Below, piece by piece: positions 58,046 to 64,000 of a stretch of 64,000 nucleotides of DNA. The position numbers and the translations under genes are program-made. The notes beneath the pieces are model-generated. The model made no database searches. It was not told the DNA's origin and worked only from the letters and a program-made list of their open reading frames with translations. The first letter of the stretch is position 1. Every line of letters begins with the position of its first letter. Source of the DNA: an uncultured delta proteobacterium (GTDB taxonomy: Bacteria > Myxococcota_A > Polyangia > Polyangiales > JAFGIB01); contig CAVZVA010000009.1 of NCBI GenBank assembly GCA_963778655.1, positions 320,001 through 384,000 on the forward strand. The letters run 5' to 3'.

Positions 58046-58152
58046 CGGAGAACGGGCTGGCTTGGCCCGCGCAGCGTCTCAGGCGCGTACCTGTACGGCG
58101 GCGTGTGCGACGGCCCACCCAGGCCAACGATGAAAGACGAAAGGGACGAGCG

Positions 58153-59733
58153 ATGGAACGAAACCCTCGAGCGACGGCGGGTGATGTGCTCGTGCTGGGC
58201 TTGGCGCTGGCTGCGCTGGGTCTAGCCGGCTGCTCGGACCACACGCACAAGGTTGCAGGGAAGGGCGGCTCGACGCTGGACGCCGGCGCGGACGAGGACG
58301 GCGGGGGAATCAACTCGGGAGGAGACGGGGGCAGCAGCGGCGGCGGGCACTCCGGGACCGGCGGTAGCCTCGCCGACGGCGGCTCCTCGCAGCTTGGCGA
58401 CGGCGGCAGTGGCGGCGACGGCTCGCTGCCGCCCGGCGCAAGCTGCGGGCGCTTCGGCGACTCGTGCGCGGCTTCAGGCGCATGTTGCTCCGGCCTGTGC
58501 GATCCCAACGGCAACACCTGCGTTTCGAGCTTGCAGAACTGCGCCGCGGCCGGCGATCCGTGCTCGGTTGCGACCGACTGCTGCAACTTGAGCTGCGGCA
58601 GCAACGGCACCTGCGGCTCGCAGACCTGCGCGTCAGATGGCAGCGCCTGCTCTGCAGACAGCGATTGCTGCGGCCAGTCGTGCGTCTCGGGGACGTGTCA
58701 GGCGCTCAACACCAGCTGCAAGACCGCGGGCAACGCCTGCAGCGACAACGCCGAGTGCTGCTCGACCTTGTGCCAGAACGGCCAGTGTCAGCTCGGCGCG
58801 TCGTTCTGCGTGCAGCAGGGTGACATCTGCGCGCGCGCGACCGACTGCTGCTCCGGCACCTGCAACATCGCGTCCGGCATGAGCGCTGGCACCTGCGGGC
58901 CTCCGCCCAGCGGGGCGTCATTCTGCAACGGTGGCGTGGAGGGCTCGGTGTGCGGCGCGTGCAACGATTGCTGCAGTCGCCTGTGCGCGCCCTACGCCGC
59001 CACCGGCGTCAACGTCTGCCAGCCCGCGAGCGGCTGCCACGTCACCGGCGACTTCTGCCGCAAGGACAGCGACTGCTGCGGCGCGGCCGGCACCGGCCTG
59101 CCCGGCGACGGGCACGCCTCGTGCGAGAAGGAGCCCGGCGCCGACCTCGGCATTTGCCGCAATCCGATGGCCTGTAACCCCCAGGGCAACGTCTGCCACT
59201 ACAAGAATTACATGTGCGACGTGTCTTCGGCGCGAGCCGATTGCTGCGGCGGTCTCGGCTCCAAGGGCGGCGTGTGCCGGCTGGACTCGCTCGGCGTTCC
59301 GCGCTGCAACGGCCTGGACGCCTGTGTCGATCCGGGCGGAACCTGCGCTTCGGCCGACGACTGCTGCGACCATCACCCCTGTGTGCCCGACGCTCAGGGC
59401 GCGCTGCACTGCTACGAGGTGCCGCCCGACGGTCCCAACTGCGTGCCCAGCGGCGGCAGCTGCACCATCACCGGCGACTGCTGCCCCGGCACGAGCTGCA
59501 TCCGGCCGCTCGGCTCGAGCAGCGGAACCTGCGGCGAGACGCCGCCGCCCGGAGGTGGCACCGGCGGCTCGGGTGGTAGCGGTGGCGGCGGTGCAGGCGG
59601 CAGCGGCGGTGGCGGCACCGGCGGCGGCGGCACGCCGAGCTGCTCCCAATACGGCCAGACCTGCTCGCAGACGAGCGATTGCTGCAATGGAGTGCCATGC
59701 GACCAAGGTATCTGCAGGGTTCCGATCGGATGA
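58153..59733 (+). CDS. Cys-rich lipoprotein with ~11 tandem C-x6-C-x5-CC-x3/4-C-xn-C modules
   Basis: Lipobox LAGC, Gly-rich linker, repeats such as CASDGSACSADSDCCGQSCVSGTC. Confidence 0.85.
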   Translation: MERNPRATAGDVLVLGLALAALGLAGCSDHTHKVAGKGGSTLDAGADEDGGGINSGGDGGSSGGGHSGTGGSLADGGSSQLGDGGSGGDGSLPPGASCGRFGDSCAASGACCSGLCDPNGNTCVSSLQNCAAAGDPCSVATDCCNLSCGSNGTCGSQTCASDGSACSADSDCCGQSCVSGTCQALNTSCKTAGNACSDNAECCSTLCQNGQCQLGASFCVQQGDICARATDCCSGTCNIASGMSAGTCGPPPSGASFCNGGVEGSVCGACNDCCSRLCAPYAATGVNVCQPASGCHVTGDFCRKDSDCCGAAGTGLPGDGHASCEKEPGADLGICRNPMACNPQGNVCHYKNYMCDVSSARADCCGGLGSKGGVCRLDSLGVPRCNGLDACVDPGGTCASADDCCDHHPCVPDAQGALHCYEVPPDGPNCVPSGGSCTITGDCCPGTSCIRPLGSSSGTCGETPPPGGGTGGSGGSGGGGAGGSGGGGTGGGGTPSCSQYGQTCSQTSDCCNGVPCDQGICRVPIG

Positions 59734-60983
59734 GAGCGCTGACATGGGGTGGCCCGGGCCGCGCGCTTGCACTGGGCGCGCGGCTGGGCCTGCTGCTGGC
59801 CTGGGCCGGAGCCGCGGGCTGCGGCGGTGCGCAAGCCAACGGCGCCGGCAAGAAGTCGGGCGACGCCGGCCCCGACCCGTTTGCCAACGCGGTGACGCGC
59901 GGCGATGGCGCCGCGGTGCCGGTGAGCGCACGCGACGGCGGCGGGGGCAGTCGCGACGGTTCCGTGATGCTGGCGCAGCTCCCGAGCTGCGGCGCCTCTC
60001 GCTTCGGCGCTTCTCCGATGCAGGTCAACGTGCTGCTCGTGATCGACAAGTCGGGCAGCATGAACGACACCCCCGCCGGCTTCGACAGCAACAAGTGGGC
60101 AGCCATGAAGGCCTCGCTCGCCGCATCGCTGCAGCCGGTGCAAGATCAGCTCTGGCTCGGGCTCGAGCTGTATCCGCTCGACCACTGCGAGATGCCCACC
60201 GGCTCTACGATTGAAGTCGACGTGCAGGCGGGCGCGCAGGCGCTGCCGGCGATTGAGACCGCGCTCGACGCAAGCCAGCCCTCCGGGGGCACTCCCACGG
60301 CTGCCGCGCTCGAGCGCGCCCTTCAGTACTTCACCAGCGGCGGCGGTAAAGACCTATCGGGCGGCAAGTACGTGCTGCTCGCAACCGACGGCGGCCCCAA
60401 CTGCAACACGGGGCTCACCTGCAGCGCCGACGCCTGCACGGTCAACCTCGACGGCCAGTGCCCCGCTGCGGTGGCGAACTGCTGCGACGCAGCCATGGCG
60501 GGAAGCGGCGCGGAGGGCGGCTGCCTCGACGACCAGGCGACGCTGTCCGAGATCAAGGCGCTCTCCGACGCCGGGATCGACACCTTCGTGGTGGGTATCC
60601 CCGGCAGCGAGAGCTACGGCTCGACTCTGGACGCGCTGGCCCAGGCGGGCGGTCGCGCCAACCCCGCGGCGCCGCCGAGCTACTACGCGGTCAGCAGCTC
60701 GGGTAGCGACGTGGGCGGGCTCACCAGCGTGCTCGACTCGATCACCTCGAGCCTGATCAAGTCGTGCCGCCTGCAGCTCGAGTCCACGCCGCCTTCGCTC
60801 GAGCTGCTCAACGTGCAGGTCGACGACCAGCTCGTTCTCCAGAGCGGCCCCGACGGCTGGGATCTCGACACCAGCAGCGACCCGCCCACGATCGAGCTCA
60901 AGGGTGCGACCTGCTCGCGCATCGAGAGTGACGGCGTGCAGAGCGTGTCGGTGCTCTACGGTTGCCCGACGCAGATCAAGTGA
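59730..60983 (+). CDS. vWA-domain lipoprotein (CglB-like)
   Basis: Lipobox AAGC; MIDAS DKSGS, GGTPT, LATDGGPNCN, Cys-rich insert, TFVVG; ATGA coupling to the upstream gene. Confidence 0.85.
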   Translation: MRALTWGGPGRALALGARLGLLLAWAGAAGCGGAQANGAGKKSGDAGPDPFANAVTRGDGAAVPVSARDGGGGSRDGSVMLAQLPSCGASRFGASPMQVNVLLVIDKSGSMNDTPAGFDSNKWAAMKASLAASLQPVQDQLWLGLELYPLDHCEMPTGSTIEVDVQAGAQALPAIETALDASQPSGGTPTAAALERALQYFTSGGGKDLSGGKYVLLATDGGPNCNTGLTCSADACTVNLDGQCPAAVANCCDAAMAGSGAEGGCLDDQATLSEIKALSDAGIDTFVVGIPGSESYGSTLDALAQAGGRANPAAPPSYYAVSSSGSDVGGLTSVLDSITSSLIKSCRLQLESTPPSLELLNVQVDDQLVLQSGPDGWDLDTSSDPPTIELKGATCSRIESDGVQSVSVLYGCPTQIK

Positions 60984-61146
60984 GCGGCGCCGGCGGGCGG
61001 ACCGCCGGGACGATGATCGGGCGAATTGATCGCTGCTCGCGAGCGGTTCTGCGTCCGGCTTGCTTTGGGAGAGGTCGAGCGCTGCCGAGCCTCGTGCATC
61101 GGGCCGGCTCCGAGCGCACGAGACCGACGTTTCTCACATTTATTCA

Positions 61147-61302
61147 TGACCAGGTAAGGTCAAGTCGCCGGCGTGATGAAACTGGTTTCAGCCGGGCGAC
61201 CGTTGGCGTGTGCGCTCGAGAGCACACGCATCACCTGTCATTAGGTAATGACGAACAATTGTTAAATTGGACCGCAACTTTTAGTATGGGTCGTCCCACT
61301 AG
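61147..61302. promoter_or_regulatory. AT-richer upstream region with clustered palindromes
   Basis: TGACC-N6-GGTCA, TGAAAC-TG-GTTTCA, GCGTGTGC-N8-GCACACGC, GTCATTA-GG-TAATGAC, AACAATTGTT. Confidence 0.55.
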
Positions 61303-61358
61303 AAATGATTGTAACCGCGTGGGCTTCGGTGCTGCGCGGGCAAGCAAGAGAGAGCCCT

Positions 61359-64000
61359 ATGACATCGCAGCGTCTTGGTGTCCGGAGCGCAACGTTCGCC
61401 GTCGCCTGTCTGCAGCTCGTAGCTTGCAGCAAGGCGCTTCATGGACCGACTCCGAGCGTCGAGCAACCCTCGAGCAAGGCGAAGCAGCTTCCCGTGGATC
61501 CGGGGCTGGTCTGCCGCGATCAGCTCACCACCGCCGTCACGCTGCACGGTGAAGGCTTTTCGCCCATTCCGATCGACCTCCCCAAGGCACCCAAGGCCGC
61601 GCTGCCCACCATCACCCTGAGCCGCGGCCACGAGCTCGACGGCACGAAGGTCGGCAGCCCCGACGAGGTGGTCTACAGCGGTGATCCCGACAAGGACCCG
61701 ACCAACGCGTTCGACGCGGACAAGAAGCCTCTGCTGTCCTGGAGGAGCCAGACCGAGATGACGTTCACGGTCAACCAGGATCTCACCTTGGCCAAGGGCA
61801 AGAAGGGCATGCTGCCGGTCGGCGTGTGGGACCTGCAGGTGGCGAACGCCAATGGCCACGAGGCGCATTCGCTGAAGTCGCTGGCCGTGGTGGACAAGCC
61901 GGCGGTGAGCAAGCTTGCGCCGGGCGTGGTGTGCCTGGAGCAGGGCGACCGCACCATCACCCTCAGCGGTGAGACCTTCCTGCGCAACGGCGACGCCAAG
62001 GCGGTGCTCGCGGTCGATGGGGTCACAGACCCATTCGCTGCCGAGCTCAGCGACTGCACCGCTATCGATCAGGCCGATCTCGACGCCGAGGTCTGCAAGA
62101 CCGCTACCATCAACCTCGCCAAGGGCTCGATCGCGAGCGGCTTTCCGGCGCTTACCGTCGACAACCCGGACACCGCGGCGTGCAAGAGCGTCGATGACAT
62201 CAAGCTGCGTGTAGTGCCGCCGCCGACCATCGACAAGGTCGCGCCCGCACTGGCTTGCGTCAGCGAGGGCGACCGTAAGTTCGTGATCCAGGGCAGCGAC
62301 TTCCTGACCGTGGACGGCACCGACCCCAAGGTGACGGTGGGCGACAAGGAATTCGGGGTCGACGCCATGGGCGGCTGCTCTGCGCTCGAGACCCAGGGGG
62401 CTACGGTCCAGAGCTGCAGCTCGATCGACATCACGATCAAGAAGGGCGAGCTCGCGCCCGACCTCTATGCGGTGACCGTGGTCAACCCCGACCCGGCCGG
62501 CTGCGACAACACCGCGACCGGCGCGCTGCGCATCGTGCCCCCGCCTGCGCTGATGAACGTGGAGCCGGCGCTGGTCTGTCTGGACGACGGCGAGCGCATG
62601 GTGGTGGCCAACGGCAGCGACTTCTTGGTCGTGGGCGGTGAGGCGCCTGCGGTGATGGTCGACGGCGAAACGCTCGACCCCGCTGCGGTCGATCCGGGCG
62701 GATGCAGCGATCTCACCGTGGCCGGGCTGTCGGTGCAGAAGTGCACCAGCCTCACGCTCACCTTGGCTCAGGGCAGCGCCGCGCTGGGGACGACCGATAT
62801 CAAGGTGACCAACCCCGATCCGGCCGGGTGCTCGGACCAGCGCTCGGATCTGCTCACGGTCGTGGCCGGCCCGACGATTGCGTCGGCCGAGCCCGCGCTG
62901 CTGTGCACCGACGACGGCAGCAAGCCGATCGTGATCACCGGGACCGGCTTCCTCTCGGTCGGCAGCGACCTACCGGCCGTGTCCATCGACGGCAGCGCCG
63001 TGGCGAGCGTGGACTCGATCGACGGCTGTTCGGAGGTGATGGCCAACGGCTTGATGGTGCAGAGCTGCACCACGCTCAACGTCACCGTGGCACAGAACGC
63101 GCTGGTGAGCGGGCGCCCGACGGTGCAGGTGCAAAACCCCGATCCAGCGGGCTGCACCGCCACGCGCGGCGACGTGCTGACGGTGCCGCCGCCGCTCGCG
63201 ATCGCGAGCCTCGATCCGCTCAACGTGTGCCAGGGCACGGTCAATGCTGCATTTCCGGTCACGCTCTCGGGCACTGGCTTCCTGCGCGCAGGCGACACCG
63301 ACTTCAGCATGACGTTCGACGGCGCCGCGGTGACGCCGACCTCCGTGAGCGACTGCACGCCGCTCGACGTCGCGGGCGCGAGCGACGTCTTCTCCTGCGA
63401 TACCGTGGCCGCCTCGCTCGACCTGACCGGCAAGACCTCGGCTCCGGCCTCGCTGCCGATCGCGATCAGCAACGCGGGGCCCGCGCCCGCCTGCGCGCTC
63501 ACGGCGATGACCGCGCTCAACGTGGTCGCGCCCCCGACCGTCACCGGTCTCGACATTCTCGATCAGACCGTCGACACCGCGGTGTGCAGCGACAAGGGCT
63601 TCAGCCTGGCCGTGACCGGCACCGGTTTCGTCGATGGCACCACGGTCACCTTCAGCAACAGCGACGGCAAGAGCATCTCGGCCGACGACGTCACGGTGTC
63701 GAGCTCGACCATGCTGACCGCCACCTTCGGCAGCGGCATCGAGTACGACTCCGTCGATCCGACGTTCGATCTCACCGTGTCGACCGCGGCCGGCTGTGCG
63801 GGCCCGCCGCTGACCGACGTGATCACCGTCAATCCGACTCCGCTGGTGTTCTTCGTGGATCCGCCGATCGCGTACAACGCGATCTCGATCGACGCCACTG
63901 TGTTCACCTCGGGCCTGACCAATAGCTCTGCGCTGGACACGATCGAGCTGGTGGGCCCCGACGCCGCCACCACCGCGACCGCGCTCACGGTCGTGTCCAA
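61359..64000 (+). CDS. Large surface lipoprotein with tandem ~108-aa Cys-containing IPT/TIG-like repeats (3' end runs off the window)
   Basis: Missing from the ORF track because there is no stop. MTSQRLGVRSATFAVACLQLVAC-S lipobox; in-frame NPD(P/T)A(G/A)C at 62163, 62484, 62811 and 63135. Confidence 0.85.
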   Translation, partial: MTSQRLGVRSATFAVACLQLVACSKALHGPTPSVEQPSSKAKQLPVDPGLVCRDQLTTAVTLHGEGFSPIPIDLPKAPKAALPTITLSRGHELDGTKVGSPDEVVYSGDPDKDPTNAFDADKKPLLSWRSQTEMTFTVNQDLTLAKGKKGMLPVGVWDLQVANANGHEAHSLKSLAVVDKPAVSKLAPGVVCLEQGDRTITLSGETFLRNGDAKAVLAVDGVTDPFAAELSDCTAIDQADLDAEVCKTATINLAKGSIASGFPALTVDNPDTAACKSVDDIKLRVVPPPTIDKVAPALACVSEGDRKFVIQGSDFLTVDGTDPKVTVGDKEFGVDAMGGCSALETQGATVQSCSSIDITIKKGELAPDLYAVTVVNPDPAGCDNTATGALRIVPPPALMNVEPALVCLDDGERMVVANGSDFLVVGGEAPAVMVDGETLDPAAVDPGGCSDLTVAGLSVQKCTSLTLTLAQGSAALGTTDIKVTNPDPAGCSDQRSDLLTVVAGPTIASAEPALLCTDDGSKPIVITGTGFLSVGSDLPAVSIDGSAVASVDSIDGCSEVMANGLMVQSCTTLNVTVAQNALVSGRPTVQVQNPDPAGCTATRGDVLTVPPPLAIASLDPLNVCQGTVNAAFPVTLSGTGFLRAGDTDFSMTFDGAAVTPTSVSDCTPLDVAGASDVFSCDTVAASLDLTGKTSAPASLPIAISNAGPAPACALTAMTALNVVAPPTVTGLDILDQTVDTAVCSDKGFSLAVTGTGFVDGTTVTFSNSDGKSISADDVTVSSSTMLTATFGSGIEYDSVDPTFDLTVSTAAGCAGPPLTDVITVNPTPLVFFVDPPIAYNAISIDATVFTSGLTNSSALDTIELVGPDAATTATALTVVS

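Overview
GC-rich (~70% by eye) bacterial DNA whose gene content points to a myxobacterium (Myxococcota, probably Polyangia-like): MYXO-CTERM, TIGR02266-type PilZ protein, Cys-rich lipoproteins and Ser/Thr kinases. Bases 1-14.3 kb hold a type II secretion operon on the minus strand (gspC-D-E-F, two G-like pseudopilins, H-I-J-K, L running off the edge). It sits behind a clear sigma54 promoter, next to a sigma54 activator with candidate enhancer and autoregulatory sites. The rest is a mosaic of surface lipoproteins (IPT/TIG, IgGFc-binding, poly-knottin-like, vWA/CglB-like, a giant repeat protein), signalling proteins (two PilZ proteins, a STAND regulator, two kinases, GGDEF, GAF histidine kinase) and metabolic genes. 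Best leads: (1) a full Elp3 tRNA-U34 carboxymethylase ~4 kb from a Trm9/ALKBH8-like methyltransferase, suggesting a eukaryote/archaea-style mcm5U34 pathway; (2) an ECF sigma factor fused to a Cys/Zn domain, divergent from a persulfide dioxygenase-rhodanese/SulP operon with an ECF-type promoter; (3) an 11-unit knottin-framework lipoprotein coupled to a vWA adhesin; (4) a LuxR-REC-PilZ regulator; (5) a cytochrome c/copper monooxygenase/TPR protein facing a redoxin; (6) a CTAG-flanked MITE and a REP-like repeat family. Four single-base frameshifts suggest assembly indels. No rRNA, tRNA, CRISPR array or transposase was seen. All calls are from motif recognition by eye; no searches were run.
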